A stretch of DNA of 64,000 bases, from contig JAVVEL010000002.1 of assembly GCA_032260385.1 (NCBI GenBank), positions 31,776-95,775 of the forward strand. Reading direction: 5' to 3'. Below the pieces are notes generated by a model. That model had not been told where the DNA came from, made no database searches, and saw only the letters and a program-made list of their open reading frames with translations. This document shows, piece by piece, positions 25,402-35,900 of the stretch. Numbering within the stretch: position 1 is the first letter of the stretch; the number at the start of each line of letters is the position of its first letter. A program made the position numbers and the translations under genes. The DNA comes from Bacteroidales bacterium. Its GTDB lineage: Bacteria; Bacteroidota; Bacteroidia; Bacteroidales; VadinHA17.

Positions 25402-26715
25402 ATGAGAAATACCCCTATCAATTCTTCGATAGTTGAAGCCAGGATCAGGGAGAGCGACCTTGACTCACTCGATAATGCTAGTATACGTGAGATTGTTAAG
25501 CTGGTAAACCAGATAGAGAAAGAAACAGGTGAGAAATACATCAGGATGGAAATGGGAGTCCCGGGCTTACCCTCCCCGCTTGTTGGTATTGAAGCTGAGA
25601 AAGCAGCCCTGGATGACGGGGTTACATCAATATATCCAAATATCGAAGGTTTGCCGCAGCTGAAGAATGAGACAGCAAGATTTATCAAATTATTCCTTGA
25701 TATCGATGTTAATCCCAGTGGCTGTGTTCCTACTGTGGGCTCACTGATGGGAGGCATGGCAGGCTTCATGGTGGTTAACAGGAACGACAAAACAAGGGAA
25801 GGCACTCTCTTTATTGACCCGGGCTTCCCGGTACAGAAACAGCAGGTAAAGATTCTGGGGCAGGATTACAGGTCATTTGACGTTTACAATTACCGTGGCG
25901 AAAAGCTCAGGACAAAACTTGAATCATACCTTGAGACAGGCAAAGTGTCAAGCATACTCTATTCAAATCCGAATAACCCTTCATGGATCTGCTTTACCGA
26001 TGATGAACTGAAAATTATTGGTGAACTGGCAACTAAATATGATGTTGTTGTCATTGAAGACCTGGCATATTTTGGTATGGATTTCCGAAATAATTACGGA
26101 AGACCCGGTCAGGCTCCTTTCCAGCCTACCGTTGCCAGATACTGTGACAATTATCTTTTACTCATATCCAGCTCTAAAGCTTTCAGCTATGCCGGCCAGC
26201 GCGTTGGGATGCTGGTTATATCCGATACACTTTATAGTCGTCGTTTCCCCGATCTAAAAAGGTACTATACAAGCGACCTCTTTGGACATGCCATTGTTTT
26301 CGGGGCCTTATATGCACTGTCAGCGGGCGTAACACATACGGCACAGTACGGACTTTATGCAATGCTTAAGGCAGTTAATAATGGGGAATATAACTATATT
26401 GCAGAAGTTAAAGAGTATGGTGAAAGAGCCAGGATGATAAAACAGATGTTTATAGCAAACGGCTTTAATATAGTATATGATACCGACATTGACAGACCTA
26501 TAGCCGATGGTTTCTATTTTACCATTTCCTTTCCGGGCATGAGCAGCGGGGAATTGCTGGAGAACCTTCTTTATTATGGAATAAGCGCGATAACACTGAA
26601 TATTACCGGGAGTGATAAGAAAGAGGGACTTAGAGCATGTGTATCACAGATACCCAATACCATGTTTCCCTTACTTGAGACCAGATTACAGAGATTTTAT
26701 GAAGATTTTAAATAA
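25402..26715 (+). CDS. Class I/II PLP-dependent aminotransferase
   Basis: SSSKAFSYAGQRVG (PLP lysine context), with size and pattern of Bacteroidota aminotransferases. Confidence 0.8.
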   Translation: MRNTPINSSIVEARIRESDLDSLDNASIREIVKLVNQIEKETGEKYIRMEMGVPGLPSPLVGIEAEKAALDDGVTSIYPNIEGLPQLKNETARFIKLFLDIDVNPSGCVPTVGSLMGGMAGFMVVNRNDKTREGTLFIDPGFPVQKQQVKILGQDYRSFDVYNYRGEKLRTKLESYLETGKVSSILYSNPNNPSWICFTDDELKIIGELATKYDVVVIEDLAYFGMDFRNNYGRPGQAPFQPTVARYCDNYLLLISSSKAFSYAGQRVGMLVISDTLYSRRFPDLKRYYTSDLFGHAIVFGALYALSAGVTHTAQYGLYAMLKAVNNGEYNYIAEVKEYGERARMIKQMFIANGFNIVYDTDIDRPIADGFYFTISFPGMSSGELLENLLYYGISAITLNITGSDKKEGLRACVSQIPNTMFPLLETRLQRFYEDFK

Positions 26716-26741
26716 CAGATTAACAATTTAATATAAAGAAT

Positions 26742-26966
26742 ATGGCCAAAATAAAAGGATCGATAGTTATCGATATAGAAAAATGCAAAGGTTGTGGTGT
26801 ATGTGTAACAGCATGTCCCACAGAGGTTATTGCCCTGGCATCCGAGGTTAACAGCAAGGGCTATAATTATGCGGAAGCTGTAAACATGGATGCATGTACA
26901 GGCTGTACAAACTGCGCCGTTGTTTGTCCTGATGGAGTAATAAGCGTTTACCGTGTAAAGATTTAA
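26742..26966 (+). CDS. 2-oxoacid:ferredoxin oxidoreductase delta subunit (2x[4Fe-4S] ferredoxin)
   Basis: CKGCGVCVTACP and CTGCTNCAVVCP. Confidence 0.8.
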   Translation: MAKIKGSIVIDIEKCKGCGVCVTACPTEVIALASEVNSKGYNYAEAVNMDACTGCTNCAVVCPDGVISVYRVKI

Positions 26967-26991
26967 TTTTATAAAAGCATAAAAATAAAAT

Positions 26992-28062
26992 ATGGAAAAG
27001 GAACTGAGATTAATGAAAGGCAACGAGGCTATTGCTGAAGCAGCAATAAGGGCCGGTACCGATGGCTATTTCGGCTATCCCATCACTCCACAGAGTGAAG
27101 TGCTTGAGTACCTTACGGCGGAAAAGCCACACGAAAGGACAGGCATGGTAGTTTTGCAGGCAGAAAGTGAAGTGGCTGCCATTAATATGGTTTACGGTGG
27201 CGCAGGATGCGGCAAGAAGGTAATGACATCATCCTCTTCGCCCGGTATATCACTCAAGCAGGAGGGGATAAGCTATATTGCAGGGGCTGAATTACCCTGC
27301 CTGATAGTAAATGTTGTCAGAGGTGGACCAGGCCTGGGTACCATACAGCCGGCCCAGTCTGACTATTTCCAGTCTACCAAAGGAGGCGGTCATGGCGATT
27401 ACAGGCTTATAGTGCTGGCACCGGCCTCAGTACAGGAAATGGCCGACTTTGTTGAACTGGCCTTTGACCTGGCCTTCAAATACAGGAATCCCGCAATGAT
27501 ACTTTCAGATGGTGCTATTGGCCAGATGATGGAAAAAGTATGGCTTAAACCGCAGAAGGAGAGAAATAAAGACCTGCCTGCCTGGGCAACTACGGGAAAA
27601 ACACCCGGCAGGGAGAGAAATATTATCACATCACTTGATCTTGATTCCAATAAGCAGGAGCAGTTTAATATCAAGCTCCAGAAAAAATACCGCGAGATGC
27701 AGGAGAAGGAGGTCAGGTATGAAACTTTCCAGTGTGATGATGCCGAATATCTGCTTGTAGCCTATGGCACCAGTTCACGCGTATCACAGAAAGCAATTCA
27801 ACTGGCCAGGGAGGAGGGAATAAAGGTAGGCCTCCTCAGGCCAATTACACTCTTCCCCTTTCCAACAAAAGAAATCGCTGATCTGGCCGGCAGGGTTAAA
27901 GGCATCCTCTCGGTAGAAATGAGTGCCGGTCAGATGGTAGAAGATGTGAGGCTGGCTGTAAAAGGCAGGGTGCCGGTAGAACACTTTGGCAGAATGGGAG
28001 GTATAGTGCCGACAGCTGAGGAAGTTGTTGAGAATTTGAAAACTAAAATTATTGGAGGATAA
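26992..28062 (+). CDS. 2-oxoacid:ferredoxin oxidoreductase alpha subunit (VorB/KorA-like)
   Basis: LMKGNEAIAEAAIRAG...GYPITPQSE. Confidence 0.85.
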   Translation: MEKELRLMKGNEAIAEAAIRAGTDGYFGYPITPQSEVLEYLTAEKPHERTGMVVLQAESEVAAINMVYGGAGCGKKVMTSSSSPGISLKQEGISYIAGAELPCLIVNVVRGGPGLGTIQPAQSDYFQSTKGGGHGDYRLIVLAPASVQEMADFVELAFDLAFKYRNPAMILSDGAIGQMMEKVWLKPQKERNKDLPAWATTGKTPGRERNIITSLDLDSNKQEQFNIKLQKKYREMQEKEVRYETFQCDDAEYLLVAYGTSSRVSQKAIQLAREEGIKVGLLRPITLFPFPTKEIADLAGRVKGILSVEMSAGQMVEDVRLAVKGRVPVEHFGRMGGIVPTAEEVVENLKTKIIGG

Positions 28063-28066
28063 GAAT

Positions 28067-28846
28067 ATGGCAGACAATATAAGTATTAAAGATATAGTAA
28101 AGCCCGAAAACCTGGTCTATAAAAGATCTTCTGTGATGACGGACAATATTATGCATTATTGCCCGGGTTGCGGACATGGAACAACTCATCAGATTCTGGC
28201 TGAGGTAATCGAAGAGATGGGTATACAGCAGGATACTATTGGGATAACACCCGTCGGCTGCTCGGTGCTAATGTATAACTATATGGATATTGATATGCAG
28301 GAGGCAGCTCACGGAAGAGCACCTGCGCTGGCTACAGCCATTAAAAGACTGATGCCTGAAAAATATGTGTTTACATACCAGGGCGACGGCGACCTGGCAG
28401 CAATAGGAACAGCAGAGACAATCCATAGCTGCAACAGGGGCGAAAATATCCTCATTATATTTATTAACAATGGTATTTACGGGATGACCGGGGGGCAGAT
28501 GGCCCCAACCACCATTGTAGGCATGAAATCATCCACCACTCCCTACGGAAGGGATGTTAAACTGATGGGTAATCCTTTGAAAATGACCGATATAGTAGCC
28601 ACCCTGCCCGGAACTTATTATGTCACCAGGCAAAGTGTGCATAAGCCGGGTAATGTGAGAAAAACAAAAAAGGCAATTCGTAAGGCATTGGAATACCAGA
28701 AGCTTAATAAAGGAACCTGCTTTATCGAGGTCGTATCTAATTGTCCTTCAGGATGGAAAATGACTCCTGTTGAATCAAATCAATGGATGGAAGAGAATAT
28801 GTTTCCATTCTATCCGCTGGGTGATTTTAAAGTACCTGAGGAATAA
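28067..28846 (+). CDS. 2-oxoacid:ferredoxin oxidoreductase beta subunit (TPP-binding)
   Basis: YCPGCGHG...GDGD...NNGIYGMTGGQ. Confidence 0.85.
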   Translation: MADNISIKDIVKPENLVYKRSSVMTDNIMHYCPGCGHGTTHQILAEVIEEMGIQQDTIGITPVGCSVLMYNYMDIDMQEAAHGRAPALATAIKRLMPEKYVFTYQGDGDLAAIGTAETIHSCNRGENILIIFINNGIYGMTGGQMAPTTIVGMKSSTTPYGRDVKLMGNPLKMTDIVATLPGTYYVTRQSVHKPGNVRKTKKAIRKALEYQKLNKGTCFIEVVSNCPSGWKMTPVESNQWMEENMFPFYPLGDFKVPEE

Positions 28847-28877
28847 GAGTCTTAATAATAATTGAAAACTGAATATT

Positions 28878-29423
28878 ATGACAGAAGAAATAATAATAGC
28901 CGGTTTTGGCGGACAGGGAGTACTGTCAATGGGTAAAATAATGGCTTACTCAGGCATCATGCAGGATATGGAAGTGAGCTGGATGCCATCTTACGGCCCG
29001 GAAATGCGGGGTGGAACAGCTAACGTGACGGTTATACTTAGTGATGAAAGAATAAGCAGCCCGATACTAAGGACTTTTGACACTGCTATTATACTTAACC
29101 AGCAATCACTCGATAAGTTTGAACCTGCAGTAAAACCCGGTGGTACACTGATATATGATGGAAACGGGATTACACGGCATCCTGAAAGAAAGGATATAGA
29201 AATTTACAGGATCGATGCAACAGAGGAGGCCACACAGATGGAGAGCTCCAAAACATTTAACATGATTGTCCTGGGGGGATTTCTGAAGATCAAACCCGTA
29301 CTCAGGATGGAAAATGTAATCACGGGATTGAAAAAATCACTCCCCGAGAGATATCATCACCTTATTCCAATGAATGAGAAAGCACTTTCCCGTGGAATGG
29401 AAATTATCAGGAAGCTGGCTTAA
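28878..29423 (+). CDS. 2-oxoacid:ferredoxin oxidoreductase gamma subunit
   Basis: IIIAGFGGQGVLSMGKI...YGPEMRGG. Confidence 0.85.
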   Translation: MTEEIIIAGFGGQGVLSMGKIMAYSGIMQDMEVSWMPSYGPEMRGGTANVTVILSDERISSPILRTFDTAIILNQQSLDKFEPAVKPGGTLIYDGNGITRHPERKDIEIYRIDATEEATQMESSKTFNMIVLGGFLKIKPVLRMENVITGLKKSLPERYHHLIPMNEKALSRGMEIIRKLA

Positions 29424-29429
29424 GAAGAT

Positions 29430-30020
29430 TTATTCATAAAAATGCATGTCCCTGATGTATTCCCATACACCCGGGGGCAGGAAATGGCGAAGGTTCTTAC
29501 CTTCCTTTATAGCCGATCGTATGAAGGTACCTGAAATTTCAATTTCAGGGGCATTAACAATTTTAATATCGGCAGTTCTCAGCATTGATTTTACATCCGG
29601 CGCAGGTTCCTTCCCCTGGTTCTTCCTTGGATAAACGAAGACCCTGCAGGAATTGAGAAGTATCCCGGCATTCTTCCATTTATTAATGGTTAAAAGGTTG
29701 TCGCTTCCCATAATAAGGGCAAACTGCCTCAGAGGATATTTTTCCCTGAGGTGTGTCAGTGTGTCTATTGTATATGAGGGACGGGGGAGTTTTGTTTCTA
29801 TATCTGAAATCCTGAACCTCTCATCATCGCCTATGGCAATTTCAGCGAGGCGCAGCCTGTGGTGATCGGCCAGCAGACTGCTTTTTTGTTTCAGTGGGTT
29901 ATGGGGACTTACAACAAACCATATTTCATCAAGGTCTGAATACTCGTAAATATAATTTGCTATGGCCAGGTGCCCTATATGCACCGGATTGAATGAGCCA
30001 AAGTAGAGTCCGGTTTTCAT
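29430..30020 (-). CDS. nadD: Nicotinate-nucleotide adenylyltransferase
   Basis: GLYFGSFNPVHIGHL...ISGTFIR. Confidence 0.85.
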   Translation of the reverse strand: MKTGLYFGSFNPVHIGHLAIANYIYEYSDLDEIWFVVSPHNPLKQKSSLLADHHRLRLAEIAIGDDERFRISDIETKLPRPSYTIDTLTHLREKYPLRQFALIMGSDNLLTINKWKNAGILLNSCRVFVYPRKNQGKEPAPDVKSMLRTADIKIVNAPEIEISGTFIRSAIKEGKNLRHFLPPGVWEYIRDMHFYE

Positions 30021-30023
30021 ATT

Positions 30024-30608
30024 TTATCTGTAATTCAGAAATGCTTCACAAATTTCCAGGGCTTCCCTGCATGCTCTCTCAAGATCATCATTTACTATAA
30101 TCTTATCAAAAAAGGGGGCTTTCTCCATTTCCACCCTGGCTTTGTTTATCCTTACTTCAATTTCGCATGGGTTATCAGTGCCTCGCTTAATTAAGCGCTG
30201 CCTCAACTCATCAATTCCCGGAGGTTTTATAAATAATGACATTGCCCCGGAACCATATTCTTTTTTAAGACTGAGGCCTCCCTTAACATCAACGTCAAAT
30301 ATAATGTGCCGGCCCTTCTTCCACATTCTCTGAATTTCACTGCGGAGGGTGCCGTAATATGTGTTTTTATATACTTCTTCCCATTCAACAAATTCATCAT
30401 TATCAATTTTATGCCTGAACCTATCTGCTGAAAGAAAATAATAATCATAACCGTCTTTTTCATTTTTACGGGGCGACCTGCTTGTTGCCGAGATAGAAAA
30501 ACCAAGATCAGGGATATGCTCCAGGAGGTATTTAACAATACTGGTTTTACCCGATCCCGATGGTGCAGATACTATTATTGATTTCCCGGTAATTTGTTCA
30601 TTTTTCAT
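30024..30608 (-). CDS. gmk: Guanylate kinase
   Basis: VSAPSGSGKTS P-loop and SATSR...YYF. Confidence 0.9.
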   Translation of the reverse strand: MKNEQITGKSIIVSAPSGSGKTSIVKYLLEHIPDLGFSISATSRSPRKNEKDGYDYYFLSADRFRHKIDNDEFVEWEEVYKNTYYGTLRSEIQRMWKKGRHIIFDVDVKGGLSLKKEYGSGAMSLFIKPPGIDELRQRLIKRGTDNPCEIEVRINKARVEMEKAPFFDKIIVNDDLERACREALEICEAFLNYR

Positions 30609-31477
30609 AATACGTTAAGTAACTGTTCTTTTACCTTTTCCAGTTCATCCTTCATCATTACCACAAACCTTTGTATTATTGCATCATTAGCTTTAGAACC
30701 CAGGGTGTTAATTTCCCTTCCTATTTCCTGTGAAATGAAAGCCAGTTTTTTGCCGTTGGCATCCTCCGTTTCAAGAGTTTCAATAAAATAATCACAGTGC
30801 TTTTTCAGTCTGACCTTTTCTTCGTTTATATCAAGTCTTTCAATATAATAGAGTATTTCCTGCTCAAACCTGTTTTCATCGGTATTTTCATTCTCCAGCT
30901 GTTTAAGACTGGCACTTATTCTTTCTTTTATCCTTTTGATTCTTGCTTCTTCCAGGGGTTTTATTTCATTAAGATAACTTTCAATATTTCTGATTCTTTC
31001 ACGAAGGTCCTTCTCAATTGATATCCCTTCTTCCAGCCTGAAGCTGTCCAGGCCGGCTATAGAATCATCCAGCAAACCCTTAAGAATTCCCCATTCTTCC
31101 TCACCCAGGGTTTTTTTCTCGGTTTTGAGAGTCTCAGGAAGCCTCATAATAATCGAAAGTAGCTCCTTCCGGTTTTCAATATAGAGTTCTCCTGCCACAT
31201 CAATCAACTGCCTGTAGTAACTTTTGATAGCAGCTTTATTCAGTATGGGTACGTTTTCATCATCAATGGAATCAACAGAAATTATAAGGTCGGCTTTTCC
31301 CCTGGTGAGACCCTGGCTTATTTTTGACCTGATCTCAATTTCTTTTTCTTTGTAATACCATGGCATTTTGGTATTAATATCAGTTTGCTTGCTGTTCAGT
31401 GAGCGCAACTCAACTGTAATCTTTTTTTCAGGAGTTTCAGCATAAGCTGACCCATAACCTGTCATTGATCTGATCAT
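30605..31477 (-). CDS. yicC: YicC-family stress-induced protein
   Basis: MIRSMTGYG...SLNSK...EIGREINTLGSKAND. Confidence 0.85.
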   Translation of the reverse strand: MIRSMTGYGSAYAETPEKKITVELRSLNSKQTDINTKMPWYYKEKEIEIRSKISQGLTRGKADLIISVDSIDDENVPILNKAAIKSYYRQLIDVAGELYIENRKELLSIIMRLPETLKTEKKTLGEEEWGILKGLLDDSIAGLDSFRLEEGISIEKDLRERIRNIESYLNEIKPLEEARIKRIKERISASLKQLENENTDENRFEQEILYYIERLDINEEKVRLKKHCDYFIETLETEDANGKKLAFISQEIGREINTLGSKANDAIIQRFVVMMKDELEKVKEQLLNVL

Positions 31478-31518
31478 AACTTCTTAATTGTTGAACAAAT
31501 GTATTAAAAATCGGGCTT

Positions 31519-32862
31519 TTATTTAAGTTGTGGCTTCACAATGGTTTTTTTCTTCCAGCGGCCTGTCAGATAATAAACCCATGACATAATTAGGCCCATT
31601 ACCCAGCTCATCGGGTATGACCACCAGATACCTGTTTCACCAAACCTGTCGGACAGAAAGACTGCAAAGGGTATTCTCACAAGCCATAGAGAGATAAGTG
31701 TGAAGATCATAGGTATGAAGGTATCGCCGGCGCCCCTCATCACACCGTTAAACGTAAACATAAAGGCAAAAACAATATAAAAAAGGCTCACTATCGTCAG
31801 GTAGTCTGAACCAATTTCTATTACATCCCGGTCATTGGTAAATGCATCCATGAAAATGTCACCGAAGGATACAATTATTGCCGTTGTTGCTATTGTAACA
31901 ATACTCGTCAGCAGTATGGTCGACAATAATCCTGTTTTCACCCGGTGCGATTTATTGGCTCCCAGGTTTTGACCTACAAAGGTTGCCAGGGCTTGTGCCA
32001 TTATCATGGCAGGTATGGTGGCAATTGCATCAAGACGCGCAGCCACGGAAAAAGCTGCTATCACATTTGTGCCGAAGGTGTTCACAACCCCCATTATTGC
32101 CATACTGCCAAGGGCGACAAAACTATGCTGAAAACCGGTTGGCAGGCCAATCCTGATGCTCTGATTGAAAATCTTTCTGTCGAATACAAGCCCCCGCAGT
32201 TTTATGTCTATTATTTTGTGGTAATGGTTAAGATAGATAATGGCGGTAACCAGGGCCCCGGTCTGGGCTATCACGGTTGCCAGGGCAACCCCCTTAACAC
32301 CCATTTTGAATACTATTACAAAGAGAAGGTCAAGGCCTACATTTGTCAGGGTTGATATTATGAGAAAGTAAAGCGGGGTTTTTGAATCTCCCATACCCCT
32401 TAAAATGGCACTGGTCCCGTTAAAAATAAAGAATGTGACCATGCCCAGCAGGTAGATATTGAGGTATTCAAGGGCCATTGGCATTACTTCCTGCGGAAGG
32501 TTTAATAGAATGAATATATCCTTACTGAAGATTAGACCCACAGCAGTAATCACTATGGAGGCAAAGAACATCCCAATATACATGGTGTCTATTGCCTTTC
32601 TTACACTGGCATAGTCTTTTGCCCCGAAATATTGAGATATCACCACGGTAATACCGGCTCCCAGACCAATGATCATTGATATCAAAACAAAGATTACAGG
32701 GAAGGAGGCTCCCACTGCAGCAAGTGCTTCTTTACCAATAAAGTTACCAACAATAATGCTGTCGACAATGTTGTAAAATTGCTGAAAGAGGCTGCCTGCA
32801 AGCATTGGCAATGCAAATTGCAGAATCTGCCTGCCTTCTTTACCTGTAGTCATGTCTTTCAT
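31519..32862 (-). CDS. MATE-family efflux transporter
   Basis: ILQFALPMLAGSLFQQFYNIVDSIIVG and 12 TM segments. The start is taken at MKDMTTGK. Confidence 0.85.
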   Translation of the reverse strand: MKDMTTGKEGRQILQFALPMLAGSLFQQFYNIVDSIIVGNFIGKEALAAVGASFPVIFVLISMIIGLGAGITVVISQYFGAKDYASVRKAIDTMYIGMFFASIVITAVGLIFSKDIFILLNLPQEVMPMALEYLNIYLLGMVTFFIFNGTSAILRGMGDSKTPLYFLIISTLTNVGLDLLFVIVFKMGVKGVALATVIAQTGALVTAIIYLNHYHKIIDIKLRGLVFDRKIFNQSIRIGLPTGFQHSFVALGSMAIMGVVNTFGTNVIAAFSVAARLDAIATIPAMIMAQALATFVGQNLGANKSHRVKTGLLSTILLTSIVTIATTAIIVSFGDIFMDAFTNDRDVIEIGSDYLTIVSLFYIVFAFMFTFNGVMRGAGDTFIPMIFTLISLWLVRIPFAVFLSDRFGETGIWWSYPMSWVMGLIMSWVYYLTGRWKKKTIVKPQLK

Positions 32863-33042
32863 GGGAAACTGTAAATTGACTTGCAAAAGAAATGAAAATA
32901 CCACCAAGATCAAAATTATATTTTGACGTATATAAGTTTTCAGGCAAATCCCGTTTTATTTAAGAAATGCCTTAATTTTGGCATTGCTTTTGCAAAACAA
33001 AGCGGTATTATAATTCACTATTAACTTGACCAACAATTAAGT

Positions 33043-34941
33043 ATGTTTAATATTATCAGAAAATGCCCCTGTTTCTTTACCTTTCTAATGTTGATATCCC
33101 CGGGGATAAACACTGTTTTAGCCCAGGAAGGTATAAGAAGGGACTCAACCGGCTTTGTTATTGACACGCTCATGAAGCCTGAGATGGTTGATTCACTGGC
33201 ACTCCTGAAGAGCAGAGATGTAAATTTTGATTTTGAAGAGGCTCTTGAATATCTCTCAGCATGGTATGAGAGTGATGTATGGAACAGTGAGGATGATCCT
33301 CTCAGGAAGTCTATCAGGCGTTTACTCTTTGAGGCAAGCAACGATCCGGTTTATATAACCCGCGACTTTGTCAGGCAATATGACTGGGCTAAGATAAAAA
33401 TACCCGCAAGCAGTTTTTTTATGTGGGATACCATACATATACCCATCCCTTCGGAAAGAGTCAGAGACAGGAGCCGACAGGAAGACCAGGATGTGTTTGA
33501 TCCGCTCATGGCTGATACAGGACTTGCCCTCACTGATTCCACGCGTCTGCATGAGGCAGGGGATACCATCTTAAGTATGCGGGATAGTCTTATGATTATT
33601 AACCCGGGAGACCTGGATAATATCTTTGTGCAAGCAGAGAGGACGAGACCCGTGCATCTGAAGTCAGATAAGCATGACAGCATTATTGTCGTGATTTCCG
33701 ATACCCTTAAGAAGGTAATAAGTGGTAACCCTGATTTCCCCTTCCTTTATTACGATTATCCACTTGTGGGAGATTCTATCCAGTCAGCTATTAACAGGGT
33801 GATGCAGCATATTGAAAAAAATGATTCAAGCAGGGTCATTATTACCGGGACAAATAATTCAATTCCAGTGTGGCTGGGAAGGAATAAATCAAGAATGACC
33901 AGGTTATGGCTTAAAAATGAATGGGATGAGGAAGTATCTGTCTGGGTTGGTAGTACGTCTGTTGACTCAATTGATATAGTGGTTGAAAGAGGTGTGCATT
34001 TCAGGAGACCTGATAAGGCACCAAATATTGCAGATGCAAGGGTCCAGACTAAAACAGTTGATAATTCAAAACTGGCAGAAGCCAGAAAGATAGAAGTAAA
34101 ACCCCAGTACTGGAAATTCCTGTCAGAAGCATCCTTTGTTTTTAACCAGGCTATGATTAAAAACTGGGTGCAGGGTGGAGAGAGTAATATCACAACCCTG
34201 CTGGATGTTACAGGTACGGCAAGTTATACAAATAAAGATCTGAATATGACCTGGAATAATGCCGGGAGGATAAAATTTGGCCTTATTACAGGTGCGGGTA
34301 GCGGTATTCGTAAAAATACTGATGATATTGAACTGCTTTCAAAATTCAATAATAAGGCATTTGGTAAATTTGATTTCAGTACTACAATGTTATTTAAAAC
34401 ACAGCTGGCTTTTGGCTATAACTATCCAAATGATTCAGTTGTGGTATCCAAGTTCTTTAACCCCGCTTCGCTTACACTGGGCCTGGGACTTGATTATAAA
34501 CCTAACGAGAATACATCTATTAACTTTGCCCCCTTATCATACAAAGGGACCTTTGTGCCTGACACGGCGATGATTGATCAAACAAAACACGGCCTGCTAG
34601 CCGATCAGAGATTCAGGCACGAACCCGGTATCAGCGCGCAGATAAGCCATAAAACCACCCTGTTTGAACAGATTACCCTGGTGAATAAACTGAGACTGTT
34701 TACCAATTACATTCATAAGCCCCTGAATATTGATGTCGACTGGGAAATGATTGCTACAACCAAGCTCAACTGGTTTACTGATATCAGGCTGAATACACAT
34801 CTCATTTATGATGATGATACCCTTATTCCTGTCCTGGATGAAAATAATGAACAGGTCCTGAATGAGGATGGAAGCCCAAGGAAGATACCTAAGGTACAAT
34901 TCAAGGAGTTGATAGGTATATCAGTTATTTTCAGGTTCTGA
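33043..34941 (+). CDS. Secreted/outer-membrane protein with a DUF3078-like C-terminal half
   Basis: A signal peptide, NWVQGGESNITTLLDVTGTASYTNKD..W.N pattern, and a terminal aromatic residue (RF). Confidence 0.45.
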   Translation: MFNIIRKCPCFFTFLMLISPGINTVLAQEGIRRDSTGFVIDTLMKPEMVDSLALLKSRDVNFDFEEALEYLSAWYESDVWNSEDDPLRKSIRRLLFEASNDPVYITRDFVRQYDWAKIKIPASSFFMWDTIHIPIPSERVRDRSRQEDQDVFDPLMADTGLALTDSTRLHEAGDTILSMRDSLMIINPGDLDNIFVQAERTRPVHLKSDKHDSIIVVISDTLKKVISGNPDFPFLYYDYPLVGDSIQSAINRVMQHIEKNDSSRVIITGTNNSIPVWLGRNKSRMTRLWLKNEWDEEVSVWVGSTSVDSIDIVVERGVHFRRPDKAPNIADARVQTKTVDNSKLAEARKIEVKPQYWKFLSEASFVFNQAMIKNWVQGGESNITTLLDVTGTASYTNKDLNMTWNNAGRIKFGLITGAGSGIRKNTDDIELLSKFNNKAFGKFDFSTTMLFKTQLAFGYNYPNDSVVVSKFFNPASLTLGLGLDYKPNENTSINFAPLSYKGTFVPDTAMIDQTKHGLLADQRFRHEPGISAQISHKTTLFEQITLVNKLRLFTNYIHKPLNIDVDWEMIATTKLNWFTDIRLNTHLIYDDDTLIPVLDENNEQVLNEDGSPRKIPKVQFKELIGISVIFRF

Positions 34942-35019
34942 GGAAGTACAGGTGCTTAGTCGGTTCGGCTTGCCGGGTAGCGGGCTGTCCACCGAAGCTT
35001 TAGCGAAAGCGGGACTCAT

Positions 35020-35889
35020 TCATATATAAAGATCTGCAATGGCAAAAGCGCAAAAAGCAAGACCTGCATAACTGTTTATCATAGCGAAGGCCCTGGAAAT
35101 ACTTTTGTTATCCCCCGGCTTGATAATAATATGTTCATAAACAAGCATCATGCTAAAAATTACTGTGCCAATCCAGTAAAGCAGCCCTGAATGTGCTATC
35201 AATCCTGATACTGTAGCTGAAAGGACAGCCAGAAAGTGAAAAAATGCCGAAATTACCAGGGCTTGCTTTAAACCCAGTTTTGCCGGTAATGAAAACAGGC
35301 TGTTAACTGAATCAAATTCTGAATCCTGAAGAGAATATATTATATCAAATCCTCCCACCCAGAATAAGACTATTAAACTGTATAATAAGGGTACAGTGGC
35401 AAATTCGCCTGTGACTGATATGTATGCTCCCACTGGTGCGAGACTCAGGGCCAGTCCCAGAAAGAGGTGACTCATTGACGTGAATCGCTTTGTCATGCTG
35501 TATCCGAGTATAATAAACAAAGCCAGGGGAGAAAGAAACATTGTGAGCCTGTTAATGAGACTTGCAGAGATGATGAATAAGATTGCATTAACTGTTACAA
35601 AAATGAGTGCTGACCCTGGTTTTATTATACCCGAAGGAATTTCTCTGGAGGAGGTTCTGGGATTGAGCCTGTCAAATTTATAGTCGGCATACCTGTTAAA
35701 GCCCATTGCCGAATTTCTTGCGAAGACCATGCATAGCAGCACTAGGATAAATAATCGCCACGTGAATTCATTGTCACCGGCACTTATTGCAGTGAAGAAT
35801 CCGAGCAGGGCAAAGGGCATTGCAAAAACTGTGTGGCTGAATTTTACGAGTGAAAGATAATTACTGATCCTTTTTAACAGTGAGTCCAT
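35020..35889 (-). CDS. UbiA-family aromatic prenyltransferase (likely quinone biosynthesis)
   Basis: NRYADYKFD (NxxxDxxxD), a second Asp-rich motif DSEFD, and about 8 TM segments. Confidence 0.8.
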   Translation of the reverse strand: MDSLLKRISNYLSLVKFSHTVFAMPFALLGFFTAISAGDNEFTWRLFILVLLCMVFARNSAMGFNRYADYKFDRLNPRTSSREIPSGIIKPGSALIFVTVNAILFIISASLINRLTMFLSPLALFIILGYSMTKRFTSMSHLFLGLALSLAPVGAYISVTGEFATVPLLYSLIVLFWVGGFDIIYSLQDSEFDSVNSLFSLPAKLGLKQALVISAFFHFLAVLSATVSGLIAHSGLLYWIGTVIFSMMLVYEHIIIKPGDNKSISRAFAMINSYAGLAFCAFAIADLYI

Positions 35890-35900
35890 ATGAAGAATTT

